DNA of 39,048 nucleotides from Pseudomonadota bacterium. GTDB lineage: Bacteria > Bdellovibrionota > FAC87 > UBA2466. The position numbers were made by a program, and so were the translations under genes. Under the pieces are notes generated by a model, which was not told where the DNA came from, ran no database searches, and worked only from the letters and a program-made list of their open reading frames with translations. Positions 1-8,591 of this stretch are shown here, in pieces. Position 1 is the first letter of the stretch, and each line of letters opens with the position of its first letter. The DNA lies in the NCBI GenBank assembly GCA_043767805.1, contig JAYUGC010000038.1, forward strand, positions 1-39,048. Reading direction: 5' to 3'.

Positions 1-435
1 CACCTGAAAACTATTCTGGGTGACATACGCGTCCAGATCGCCGTTCTTGATGATGCGGTCGTAAGCGATGACCGGAACGTTGTCCTTCTTCGCGAGGGCG
101 ACTAGAGAGCTCGCCGCTTCACTGTTGACCGGCTGAATGACGATGGCATCGACGCCTTTCGAAAGCAGCGTTTCCACTTTCGCCGTCTGCACGTCCACCT
201 TGCCGTCACAGGAAGCGAACTCTACGGAAACACCAAGAGTGTTGGCGAACTCTTCAAAATATTTTTTGTCTTTTCCGTAGCGCTCTTCGTTCATCGTGGC
301 GAGCACGAAGCCGATCTTCAGTGGCTTCTGGGCGGAGGTGGCCGTGACGCCGGTTTCTTTCTTCGTACAGTGAGTCAAAAGACCCAAAGCCAGAACGCTC
401 AAAACCGCGAATTTATCATTTCTTTTCCAGCCCAT
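1..435 (-). CDS. Sugar ABC transporter substrate-binding lipoprotein, XylF/ChvE-like (runs off the left edge)
   Basis: Manual translation MGWKRNDKFAVLSVLALGLLTHCTKK...KIGFVLATMNEERYGKD...GVDAIVIQPVNS...VPVIAYDRII. Lipobox-like LTHC, XylF-type ER and AYDR motifs, GGGGG RBS. Confidence 0.85.
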   Translation of the reverse strand, partial: MGWKRNDKFAVLSVLALGLLTHCTKKETGVTATSAQKPLKIGFVLATMNEERYGKDKKYFEEFANTLGVSVEFASCDGKVDVQTAKVETLLSKGVDAIVIQPVNSEAASSLVALAKKDNVPVIAYDRIIKNGDLDAYVTQNSFQV

Positions 436-479
436 AATACCCCCTATAAGTGCCGCTGCGTGCCAGCGCGCTTCGCGGC

Positions 480-509
480 ATTAAAGGCGAGGTAAAACCC
501 CTCTGTCAA
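480..509 (-). promoter_or_regulatory. Sigma70-type promoter of the sugar-binding protein gene
   Basis: Minus strand TTGACA-N18-TTTAAT about 45 nt upstream of the start codon. Confidence 0.55.
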
Positions 510-580
510 CCAGCCTTGCCTCGGGTATAATGAGAGTAGATCCCTCGCAATTTAATTCCCTAATCACTCCGGAAAAAGCC

Positions 581-1339
581 ATGAAAACCACCTTTCGAAG
601 GTTGGCCATTTTGTCCGTTCTTTCGGGCCTCGTGGGCTGCGCCCACATGATGAAGGGCAACAAGGCCGAGGAAGACGCCAAGGTCCACCTCCAGGTCGCC
701 ATCGATCGCTTCAATGCCCGCGAGTACAACCGGGCGGTGGAGTCCTGTACCAAGTCGCTCGAGCTGAACCCGAAGCTGGTGGAAGCGTATAACCACCTCG
801 CGCTTATCTATATGGAGACGAAGCGCTACCAGATGAGCTACCAAGCTTTCCAAAAGGCTTTGGAAGTAAAGCCACAGTACCCAGAAGTATTTAATAATAT
901 TGGTGTATTACTGAATAGGCAGGAGAAGTTCAATGAAGCCATTCCGTGGTTCCAGAAGGCGCTGGCCGACACCGCCTATCTCACCCCCGAGAACGCGGAC
1001 ACCAATATGGGGTACTCCTACTTCCGTATGGGCCAGCTCGCCACGGCGAAGACCTACCACCAGAAGGCGCTCGATATCGTTCCCAATTTCTGCTTGGCGG
1101 GTAAGAACTTAGGCGACGTTTACGTGAAGGAAAAACGCTTCACGCAGGCGGAGAAATACTTTCGTAAGGCGGCGCGTAATTGTCCTCTTTACCAAGAAGC
1201 CCGATACAAGTTGGGTCTAGTGTTGGTGAAGATGGGGGACCGCAAGACCGCGAAGCTTGAGCTCGATAAGCTCCTTAAGCAAAGCAAGGAAGGTCCCTAC
1301 GTGGATCGGACCCATGAGGTCCTTAAATTCTTAGAGTAA
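581..1339 (+). CDS. TPR lipoprotein, type IV pilus secretin pilotin PilF/PilW/Tgl-like
   Basis: Lipobox LVGC, tandem TPRs (AYNHLALIY, NNIGVLL, Y.TPE.A..N.G), adjacent to rodZ. Start moved to MKTTF at 581. Confidence 0.75.
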   Translation: MKTTFRRLAILSVLSGLVGCAHMMKGNKAEEDAKVHLQVAIDRFNAREYNRAVESCTKSLELNPKLVEAYNHLALIYMETKRYQMSYQAFQKALEVKPQYPEVFNNIGVLLNRQEKFNEAIPWFQKALADTAYLTPENADTNMGYSYFRMGQLATAKTYHQKALDIVPNFCLAGKNLGDVYVKEKRFTQAEKYFRKAARNCPLYQEARYKLGLVLVKMGDRKTAKLELDKLLKQSKEGPYVDRTHEVLKFLE

Positions 1340-1392
1340 GTAAGCTTCCGCTGGACTGGGCTCTAAAACCTCTCTACAAATAGTCGAACTTC

Positions 1393-2376
1393 ATGGACAG
1401 TTTTGGCGCATATTTAAAGGGCTTTCGCGAAAGCAAGGGCATCCGGTTGGAGGAGATCGCCTCCATCACCAAGATCCATTTGCATAACCTCGAGCTTCTC
1501 GAAGCCGACCGGTGGGAGAAGTTGCCCCCGGACCCGTTTCTTCGCGGCTTCATCGTGGCCTACGGCAAGTACGTGGGACTCGACACCAAAGAGCTCCTGG
1601 GCCGCTACCTCGATTCCATCGGGCTCGATGCATCCACCGCCGTGAGCTCCAACGCCTCGGCCACTTCGGACGCTCACGACACCGGAGCGCCTCCGGGAGA
1701 GCTCATCGACCATGGCCCCGCCCTTTCCACCCGCAAGCTCGCGGGCGGACTCGGCATCGTTTTGATCGTGGGCCTTTTGGGCGGCATCGTTTACTTGGGT
1801 AAGCGGGCGACCGACCAGTCGCTCAAGCAGAATGCGGCGACCACGACCCCGATCAACCGCGAGAACGCCGCGGAAACCATGCCGGCTGCTAAAGACACTG
1901 TGCCCACCGCTCCCGCGCCCCAGGCGGCGACCGCGACGCCCTCGGCTCCGGTGACCGCATCGACTGCTGCCGATCCGAAGCCCGCTTCCGCGCCCACGGC
2001 GACCACCGCGACGGCTACCGCCCCCGCTACGGCGACCGCAATCACGAACCACAAGATTTCCATCGAAGGCTCGGAACGCACCTGGATCAAAGTCGTCGTC
2101 GATGAGGCCGCGCCGATCGAATACTTCCTGCCCCAGGGCGATAAGGTAACTTATCAAGCCAAGGACAAGATCAAAGTCGTCCTCGGCAACGCTACCGGCG
2201 CGAAGGTGTACTACAACGGGAAAATCACCGAAGGTGTGAACTTCCTGGGCACCATCCGGTCCTACAAGTTCCCAGCGGAAGCCGAGTTCCCGCAAGACTC
2301 CACGTCGCGGCGCATGCCGACGTCGAACGACGCCGCGTCTCACGCCCCCGCGCCGAACGGCCGCGCCGCCAACTAA
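1393..2376 (+). CDS. rodZ: RodZ-like protein (HTH, TM helix, Ala/Thr/Pro linker, DUF4115-like C-terminus)
   Basis: FGAYLKGFRESKGIRLEEIA...LE...LP...FLRGFI..Y HTH, single TM, C-terminal WIKVVVD...LGNA. Confidence 0.8.
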   Translation: MDSFGAYLKGFRESKGIRLEEIASITKIHLHNLELLEADRWEKLPPDPFLRGFIVAYGKYVGLDTKELLGRYLDSIGLDASTAVSSNASATSDAHDTGAPPGELIDHGPALSTRKLAGGLGIVLIVGLLGGIVYLGKRATDQSLKQNAATTTPINRENAAETMPAAKDTVPTAPAPQAATATPSAPVTASTAADPKPASAPTATTATATAPATATAITNHKISIEGSERTWIKVVVDEAAPIEYFLPQGDKVTYQAKDKIKVVLGNATGAKVYYNGKITEGVNFLGTIRSYKFPAEAEFPQDSTSRRMPTSNDAASHAPAPNGRAAN

Positions 2377-2418
2377 TTCGATTCCGCGCCCTTTCGTCGC
2401 CTGCTAGACTTTGCGCAG

Positions 2419-3228
2419 ATGCACCCTATTCCCGTTGGACCTCTAGCCGTCTGGCAACACGAGGCCGCGAAAAAGCGGATCGGCAGAGTCTTGCTCGTTC
2501 ACGGCATCAACGAGCACAGCGGCCGCCACTTAAATACCATCGATTACCTAACTCAACGGGGCTGGGAAGTGGTGCGCTTCGACCAGCGCGGCTGCGGCCT
2601 GAGCGGCGGCCGGCGCAACTGGATCGACGCCTTCTCGGATTATGTCGACGATACGAACCGCGTCTTTAACTGGATCCTGACCAAGAACGATCCCGCGCCG
2701 ACTTTCCTAATGGGCCATAGCCTCGGCGGCGCCATCGCCACGCATTTTGCTTCCGTTCATCACCCCGAGCTCCAGGGGCTCGCGCTGAGCGCGCCGGCCT
2801 ACATTACGGGCGGCGGCATTCCCGCGTGGCAAATCAAGATCGGCCGGGCGCTAAATAAGTTCGCGGGCTTCATTCCGATTCCGTCGACCACGACCCGGTG
2901 GATCTCGCGCGATCCGGATGTTTGCCTGGCGTACAAGAACGACAAGCTCTGCAATCACTTCAATCCCATTCGTCAGGGAAATGCGGTACTGGACGCTCTC
3001 GCCGAGATGCCCGAGAAATCAGAAAGCATTACCTGCCCGGTCTTCATCGCGCACGGCTCGATGGATCAGGTGATTCGGCTCGAGGGGAGCTTCGAGCTAC
3101 TGAGCTCTTACGCGGCGAAGGATCGCACGATGCACGTCATTCCCGGCGGGTACCATGAGCCGCACAACGATTGGGATAAAGAAGTATATTTCGCCGCGCT
3201 CGAGACGTGGCTGCGCAACCACCTGTAA
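2419..3228 (+). CDS. Alpha/beta hydrolase, lysophospholipase/monoacylglycerol lipase family
   Basis: VHGINEH, DQRGCG.S.G, GHSLGG nucleophile, HG..D, GGYHE. Confidence 0.9.
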   Translation: MHPIPVGPLAVWQHEAAKKRIGRVLLVHGINEHSGRHLNTIDYLTQRGWEVVRFDQRGCGLSGGRRNWIDAFSDYVDDTNRVFNWILTKNDPAPTFLMGHSLGGAIATHFASVHHPELQGLALSAPAYITGGGIPAWQIKIGRALNKFAGFIPIPSTTTRWISRDPDVCLAYKNDKLCNHFNPIRQGNAVLDALAEMPEKSESITCPVFIAHGSMDQVIRLEGSFELLSSYAAKDRTMHVIPGGYHEPHNDWDKEVYFAALETWLRNHL

Positions 3229-3308
3229 GGCGGGGAAATCGCGCGTCCCGCGCGTTCGAAGGTCACGGGTTTCGGGTTCCGGGTACGAGGTACGGTTCCT
3301 TTTGATCT
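3229..3308 (+). repeat. Single-arm copy of a REP/MITE-like repeat (GC palindrome, five GG-initiated heptamers, TTTTGATCT)
   Basis: GGGAAATCGCGCGTCCCGCGCGTTCGA GGTCACG GGTTTCG GGTTCCG GGTACGA GGTACGG...TTTTGATCT aligns with both arms of the element at 5656-5877. Confidence 0.75.
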
Positions 3309-3312
3309 TAAC

Positions 3313-5214
3313 CTACGCGGTTTGCGGTTTTAGTTTGGGTGGGCGGGTTCCCAAGTAGAAGAGGAACGAGCCCACGGCGAGCACGATGATTTGGGCGCCG
3401 ATGGTTTCCCACGTCGGATACAGCCCCACGAGCTCCAGACGAAGGTTCAACGGAAAGAGAGTCGCCGGTAGGAGCGTGCTCTCCTGGAACGAATGCACTG
3501 CTTTGCCCGAGAGAATGAAAGCGAGGAGCCACACCACCCAGCTCGACATGGAGAAGAGCTGACGGATGGGTACCTTCACGCTGTACTTCACGAGCGCGAT
3601 GGCGAGGACCAAGATCGCCGCGAAGGACGAAATCACGCCTCCCCAGAGGGCTTGCTGGCTCGTGCCCGGCTCGAGGGACAAAGCTCTTAAGAAAAGAATC
3701 GTCTCGAAGGCTTCGCGGAAAACCGCCATGAAAGCGACCATGCCCAAGGCGAAGAGTTTCTTTCCTTCGACCGCGGTGCGAGTCATCGTCTCCAAAAAAG
3801 TGCGCCACCGATCGATCTGACATTTACGGTGCAGCCAGAAGCCGAAGTAGAGAAGAACCACCACTGCAAAGAGCGCGATGCCGCCTTCCATGACCTCGCG
3901 GCTCACGGTGCCGAGCTGCACGACCCAGCCCGAGAAGAACCAGAGCACGACGCCGGCAACCAAAGCGAGGAACCAGCCGCCGTGAACGAACCAGGCCGCT
4001 CGCTTCGCGCCAATGGCGCGGATGATGCCGAGCAAAGTCACGAGGATCAAAATGGCTTCGAAGCCTTCGCGCAAGAAAACACCGAAGGCGACGCTGAAGG
4101 TGAACGCTGGGGACGCGAGTTTTGCTTCCAAAAGCCGGGACGCCGAATCGACCGCGGATTGCGCATTCGTGATTTTTCCTTCGATGACGTAAATCGCCAT
4201 TCTTTCGGAAAGCGACTGGCGCACGGCGAGCATCGCTTCCTCGAGCTTCACGACAGAATCGGCGTCGCGGGAGCGCAGGGTGGGCTCGACCGGCTCGACA
4301 CCTTCCAAGTACGCTTGAATGGCGGCTTGGGAAGCGCCATCGAAATCTCCGGCGGAGGCTTTCTGCAAAGCTTCGTTCAAACGGTCTTTAGCGATACGCA
4401 AATAGAAGGCGCCGCCCGAAGCGGCCTCCGATCGCATTCTAAGTTTCGCGAGATGCACTTCCTTCTGAGGATCGGGCTCAGCGGAGGCCGCGACCAAGTT
4501 ACGATCGGATTGGCTGGCCGCTCTATCGAGGGGCACGTTCCAGTCAGAACCCCGGGAAGCGACGCGCGCAGCTTCCTCGTGCCGCAAAGACACGACGTAA
4601 AAAGCGAGGGCCCAAGCTTGCTGATCGGAGAGATCGGTGAAGGCCGCCATGCCCGTACCGGGAACGCCGAGACGAATCGCGTTGAACGCCTGAAAAGGAG
4701 AGATATCGGTCATGCGCTCGGCATCGTGAAAGTTGGACGGCTTCGGATCGAGACCCGCGGCGGACGGCCCGTTGCCGCGTCCCTCAGCGCCATGGCATTG
4801 CACGCAAGTCTTCGCGAAAAGAGCCGCGCCCTCGCCGCGGTCGGGCCAGCGTTTCGGGGCAACCTCGATCTTTGCCTTGGAAAGCAAATGGCCTTGGGCG
4901 GTGCGCGCCGCGCGCGCGACGTCCGCGGGAGACGCTTTGCCGACGACGAGTTTTTGAAGATTGCCGAGCTCACCAACGAGAGCCGCGTCCGCGATGGAAG
5001 GATCGAGGGACTTCGCCCCTTCCGCGATGGTTTTCGCGAAATCGTTCATTTCGTCGAACTCGGTCTTGGCGATGATTTTCCCGTCGGGAGTTACCGCGCC
5101 CCCGTAATCGAGAGCGACGTAATCGAGAAGATGGATGATGAGGCGCGGGGACATCTCTTCCGCGGAGACGAAATTCGCAAAAAGCGCCAGCAGGAGAAGA
5201 GCGAGAGGTTTCAT
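3313..5214 (-). CDS. Cytochrome c / FTR1-family metal permease fusion (PbrT/EfeU-like)
   Basis: Signal peptide, HLLDYVALDY, heme motif CVQCHG, two RExxE motifs (REGFE, REAFE), about 7 TM helices. Confidence 0.9.
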   Translation of the reverse strand: MKPLALLLLALFANFVSAEEMSPRLIIHLLDYVALDYGGAVTPDGKIIAKTEFDEMNDFAKTIAEGAKSLDPSIADAALVGELGNLQKLVVGKASPADVARAARTAQGHLLSKAKIEVAPKRWPDRGEGAALFAKTCVQCHGAEGRGNGPSAAGLDPKPSNFHDAERMTDISPFQAFNAIRLGVPGTGMAAFTDLSDQQAWALAFYVVSLRHEEAARVASRGSDWNVPLDRAASQSDRNLVAASAEPDPQKEVHLAKLRMRSEAASGGAFYLRIAKDRLNEALQKASAGDFDGASQAAIQAYLEGVEPVEPTLRSRDADSVVKLEEAMLAVRQSLSERMAIYVIEGKITNAQSAVDSASRLLEAKLASPAFTFSVAFGVFLREGFEAILILVTLLGIIRAIGAKRAAWFVHGGWFLALVAGVVLWFFSGWVVQLGTVSREVMEGGIALFAVVVLLYFGFWLHRKCQIDRWRTFLETMTRTAVEGKKLFALGMVAFMAVFREAFETILFLRALSLEPGTSQQALWGGVISSFAAILVLAIALVKYSVKVPIRQLFSMSSWVVWLLAFILSGKAVHSFQESTLLPATLFPLNLRLELVGLYPTWETIGAQIIVLAVGSFLFYLGTRPPKLKPQTA

Positions 5215-5552
5215 ATGAGATCCTCGACGTGCTCGATGCCTTCTTCGAGAAGGTGCTCGATGTGTTTGTCGTCTAATTTATAGAAGAGAGTGCGGTGCTC
5301 GCGGCGCACGTGCACGAGCTTCAAATTGCGAAGGGTTCGCAGGTGATGGCTCACGGCCGAGGGGCTCATGTTGAGGAGCTCGGCGATATCGCCCACGCAA
5401 AGCTCACCGTGAGAAAGGGCCCACACGATTTGGACCCGGGAGGTGTCTCCGAGGGCTTTGAAAGTTTCGGCCAGCATGGCGAACATTTGCTGGCCGTTGC
5501 GGTTGGCGTGGAAGCGGAGGGCGACTTTTTCGAAGGTGAGCGATTTGCCCAT
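5211..5552 (-). CDS. ArsR/SmtB-family metal-sensing repressor
   Basis: FKALGDTSRVQI, ELCVGD, SAVSHHLRTLR, alpha5 site DKH...EHVE. Stop overlaps the permease start (ATGA). Start set at MGKSL. Confidence 0.9.
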   Translation of the reverse strand: MGKSLTFEKVALRFHANRNGQQMFAMLAETFKALGDTSRVQIVWALSHGELCVGDIAELLNMSPSAVSHHLRTLRNLKLVHVRREHRTLFYKLDDKHIEHLLEEGIEHVEDLI

Positions 5553-5572
5553 ATATGAACAACTGTTTAAAT
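5553..5572. promoter_or_regulatory. SmtB/CzrA-type operator
   Basis: Imperfect palindrome ATATGAACA-AC-TGTTTAAAT directly abutting the repressor start codon; resembles the TGAACAxxTRTTCA core of SmtB/CzrA operators. Confidence 0.8.
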
Positions 5573-5655
5573 GAGCATACGAGAAGCCGTCAAGAAGACT
5601 CTCCGCGTCATGGTTAATTCGCCTTAACAAAAGGGGGCGCCGACTGGCACCGGAG

Positions 5656-5877
5656 AGGGAAATTCGCGCTCCCGCGCGTTCGATCGGCTGGTCACTGGTT
5701 GCTGGATGCTGGACCGAGGTAGGCTTTTTTGATCTCAGCCTGTCGTACTTCTCTGTGACGCCGGGCCGCCGTTGAGCAGAAGTCCGAGAGGGAGAGATCT
5801 AATGGATTACCTCGTACCAGCATCCAGCAACCAGTGACCGTCCCGGATCGAGCGCGCGGACGCGCGGGGTCCCTGCC
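5656..5877. repeat. About 220-bp long inverted repeat (REPIN/MITE-like)
   Basis: Perfect 23-bp inverted repeat 5690-5712/5817-5839, plus paired CGAGGTA/TACCTCG, GATCTC/GAGATC, a 12/14 inner stem and outer GC-rich arms. Confidence 0.85.
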
Positions 5878-6429
5878 TTAGGTGCGGCGGGGTTTCCAGG
5901 GGACGTCCTCGATTTGCTCTAACTGGTTAGCCAGCCGGGCGAGGATGAAAAGATAGTCCGATAAACGGTTCACGTACGTGAGTACCCAATGATCGACGGT
6001 CTCGTTGGGGATTCCGGTTAGATACACGATGGCGCGTTCCGCGCGGCGGCAGACTGTGCGGGAGTGATGGAGTAACGCCGCCGTCTTGCCTCCGCCGGGC
6101 AGGATAAAGTTTTTCATGGGACTTAGCGTCTCGGTCATGGCGTCGATTTGACGTTCCAGACTTTCGACGTGGGCCGACGTGAGAACCTCGATCTTGGGAT
6201 CGACCTTGGGCGACGCGAGCATCGCGCCGACAGTAAAGAGGGTGGTCTGGACCTCGGCGAGCGTATTGCGAATCGCTTCGTGAGGGGTTTCGGCACGCAC
6301 GACGCCTAGTGTTGCGTTGAGCTCATCGATCTCGCCGTAAGCAGTTATGCGCGGCGAGCTTTTAGGTACCCGTCCACCGCCGTATAGCCCCGTGGTCCCT
6401 GCGTCACCTGTCTTCGTGTAAATCTTCAT
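5878..6429 (-). CDS. pduO: ATP:cob(I)alamin adenosyltransferase, PduO type
   Basis: MKIYTKTGD.G.T.L, YGEIDELN, FILPGG, RTVCRRAER, YVNRLSDYLF. Confidence 0.95.
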   Translation of the reverse strand: MKIYTKTGDAGTTGLYGGGRVPKSSPRITAYGEIDELNATLGVVRAETPHEAIRNTLAEVQTTLFTVGAMLASPKVDPKIEVLTSAHVESLERQIDAMTETLSPMKNFILPGGGKTAALLHHSRTVCRRAERAIVYLTGIPNETVDHWVLTYVNRLSDYLFILARLANQLEQIEDVPWKPRRT

Positions 6430-6462
6430 CCGCCCTCATCTTAGAGCGTCGCCTCATCGCAT

Positions 6463-6490
6463 TCAACCTTTGCCCCCAAAAGGCCGAAAA
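6463..6490 (+). promoter_or_regulatory. Sigma28 (FliA)-type promoter of flbD-motAB
   Basis: TCAA-N16-GCCGAAAA, 16 nt upstream of the flbD start; motor genes are common FliA targets. Confidence 0.55.
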
Positions 6491-6506
6491 GCCTTACGAG
6501 GGATTC

Positions 6507-6710
6507 ATGATCCATGTGACCAAAATTGACGGTTCTTCGATGGTGCTCAATGCGGAATGCATACAGAGCGTCGAGCGGACTCCGGACACAGTCATCACGC
6601 TGACCACCGGATTGAAGATTTTAGTCCGCGACCGCGTCGAGGAAATCGTCGAGTCGTTCAAAAAGTACAAACGCGAGATCCAATCCCTAAAGACGGGAGA
6701 AGCCCCATGA
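6507..6710 (+). CDS. flbD: Flagellar protein FlbD (SwrD) family
   Basis: MIHVTKIDG...LNAECIQSVE.TPDTVITLTTG signature; directly upstream of motA. Confidence 0.9.
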   Translation: MIHVTKIDGSSMVLNAECIQSVERTPDTVITLTTGLKILVRDRVEEIVESFKKYKREIQSLKTGEAP

Positions 6711-7498
6711 TCACGGCAATCTTAGGTCTCTTCATCGGCCTCAGCGCCATTTTGGTCGGTAACTACTGGGAAGGCGGGCATCTAGAGGCGCTCTTCCAGC
6801 CGACCGCGGCGCTCATCGTTTTCGGCGGCACCATGGGAGCGACGCTGCTCTCGACTCAGGTGGGCCACTTCAGCGGCGCCATCCGGTCCCTGGGGAAAGT
6901 CTTCTTCTACCGCGACATCGAGTTCGAGCTGCTAGTGAAAGAAGTCGTCGCCATCGCGAGTGTCGCCCGTAAAGAAGGCATTCTCGCCATGGAGAACCAG
7001 CTGGCGACGGTACAAAATCCCTTCCTGCGCGGAAAATTGCGCTACATCGTCGACGGCTACGATCCGGAAGTCTTCAAAAGCCTCGTCGAAGATGCCATCT
7101 CCCACGAAGAGCGGGAAAAAATGGCGGTAGCGAAGGTTTGGGAAACGGCGGGCGGCTTCAGCCCCACCATCGGAATTTTGGGCGCCGTACTCGGTCTGAT
7201 TCAGGTTATGTCGAACCTCTCGGATTCCTCGAAACTCGGCTCCGGTATCGCGGTCGCCTTCGTCGCGACCATTTACGGAGTCGGCGTCGCGAACTTGGTG
7301 CTGCTCCCCATCGCGAACCGCCTGAAGGGCATCGTGAAGACCGAGATCCACGCGATGGAAATGATTTACGTCGGGCTACAGGGCATCCAAGCGGGCTTGA
7401 ATCCTCGCGTAGTCGAAGCTCGTCTCAGAAACATGTTGGGTGAAGCCGCCGCGCAAATCGCGGTGGCCGAACCGGAAGCGCCCCGCAAAGCGGCCTAA
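6707..7498 (+). CDS. motA: Flagellar stator MotA
   Basis: EGG, AALIVFGGT, ARKEGILA.E, GGFSPTIGILGAVLGL, AFVATIYG. ATGA overlap with flbD. Confidence 0.95.
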   Translation: MITAILGLFIGLSAILVGNYWEGGHLEALFQPTAALIVFGGTMGATLLSTQVGHFSGAIRSLGKVFFYRDIEFELLVKEVVAIASVARKEGILAMENQLATVQNPFLRGKLRYIVDGYDPEVFKSLVEDAISHEEREKMAVAKVWETAGGFSPTIGILGAVLGLIQVMSNLSDSSKLGSGIAVAFVATIYGVGVANLVLLPIANRLKGIVKTEIHAMEMIYVGLQGIQAGLNPRVVEARLRNMLGEAAAQIAVAEPEAPRKAA

Positions 7499-7510
7499 AG
7501 AGAGATACCC

Positions 7511-8287
7511 ATGGCACGCAAGAAGATGGAAGAAGAGCACGAGAACCTCGAACGTTGGCTGATTTCCTATGCCGACTTCATTACGCTGCTCTTCGCCTTT
7601 TTCACCGTGCTCTACGCCCTCTCTCAAACCGACAAGGCTCGCTACCAGAAAGCCATGGAAAACATCCAGCGGGCTTTTCTGTCGTCGGGCGGTGTTTTTC
7701 CTCTCCGCGGCTCGCCTTTCGTTCCTTTCGAAAAGCCGGCCGACCGAGGCTCGGCGGTGCCGCCGTCCCCTTCCGATCAGGGCTACTACTCCAAAGCGGA
7801 TAAAGACGCTCTCGAGCAGGTGCGCGTCCAGATCGAAGGGCTTTACGAGCGCACCACCGGGATGGGTTTACAGAAACGAGACGTGGAGCTGACTCGTACC
7901 GAGGAAGGCTTCAAGATCCGTCTCGGCGAGTACGTGCTCTTTGGCGCGGGCTCGGACAAATTGAGGCGAGAATCGCTGCCTTTCCTGTACGAGATCGGCA
8001 AGCGGCTCTCGAAAGTGGAAGGCTCGGTGCAGATTGAAGGCTATACCGATAACAGCGCGCCTAAGCACCACAACTCCAACTGGCAGCTGAGCGCCGCCCG
8101 CGCCTTCAACATCATGCAGTTTCTCGTCGAAGGAGTCCATTTTCCCGAGGGCCGCCTTTCCATCGCGGCCTACGGGGAACAACGATCCGTGGCGTCGAAC
8201 GCCACGCCGGAAGGCCGTGCGAGAAATCGCCGCGTGGAGATCTCCATCATCACCAAAGAGACCCAAGCCGACAAACTGCTCTGGTAG
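7511..8287 (+). CDS. motB: Flagellar stator MotB
   Basis: WLISYADFITLLFAFF plug/TM, OmpA-like domain (IEGYTD, NWQLS..RA, NRRVEI). Confidence 0.95.
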   Translation: MARKKMEEEHENLERWLISYADFITLLFAFFTVLYALSQTDKARYQKAMENIQRAFLSSGGVFPLRGSPFVPFEKPADRGSAVPPSPSDQGYYSKADKDALEQVRVQIEGLYERTTGMGLQKRDVELTRTEEGFKIRLGEYVLFGAGSDKLRRESLPFLYEIGKRLSKVEGSVQIEGYTDNSAPKHHNSNWQLSAARAFNIMQFLVEGVHFPEGRLSIAAYGEQRSVASNATPEGRARNRRVEISIITKETQADKLLW

Positions 8288-8314
8288 CTCCGAGACTCGC
8301 GCTACGCGCGGGAT

Positions 8315-8587
8315 TCACTTGGGGAAGCTGAGAAACGTCGGCGCGGCGTTAGTGACTTCGCCCGTGCCCTTGGGCTTCGCGCGCTTTCCGGTCACGTCGT
8401 AAAGCTCGTCGAGACTGCCTTGCAGCTCGTCCAGAACGGACTCACCCGAGACGCGGGAGTTGATTCCCGTTTCAGCGCGCTCGCTAGCCGGTCCCCGTCC
8501 GGGAACCGGCTCAGCTTTTTTCTCGTGATCGGCGGCGACTAACGTCGCCGCGAGCAGGAGGCACGCCACGCCTGCGTATAAACGCAT
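8315..8587 (-). CDS. Small putative secreted protein downstream of ftsZ
   Basis: Signal peptide MRLYAGVACLLLAATLVAA; starts 4 nt after the ftsZ stop; fills the gap. Confidence 0.6.
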   Translation of the reverse strand: MRLYAGVACLLLAATLVAADHEKKAEPVPGRGPASERAETGINSRVSGESVLDELQGSLDELYDVTGKRAKPKGTGEVTNAAPTFLSFPK

Positions 8588-8591
8588 GAGA

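Noticed and set aside
1364..1390. TAAA-N15-GTCGAACT sigma28-like motif before rodZ
   Set aside because: Weak -10 match, and the predicted start site would fall after the ATG.
1830..2045. Ala/Thr/Pro low-complexity stretch in rodZ
   Set aside because: Normal RodZ periplasmic linker.
3829..5283. 484-aa plus-strand ORF, and similar long ORFs at 1414-2343, 10106-11032, 13441-14202, 21890-22852, 31071-32081 and 37153-37884
   Set aside because: Antisense shadows of well-supported genes, expected with GC-rich codon bias; no recognisable motifs.
5553..5630. N-terminal extensions in the ORF track (ArsR from 5630, motA from 6557, motE from 26890, flgB from 33005, activator from 34107)
   Set aside because: They overlap operators, promoters or neighbouring genes; downstream starts fit family lengths better.
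5690..5725. Heptamer repeats as a possible CRISPR array
   Set aside because: No repeat-spacer structure and no cas genes; part of an inverted-repeat element.
8296..8314. CGCGCTACGCGCGGGA after motB as another repeat copy
   Set aside because: Only about 10 bp shared with the repeat family; no heptamers or GATCT end.
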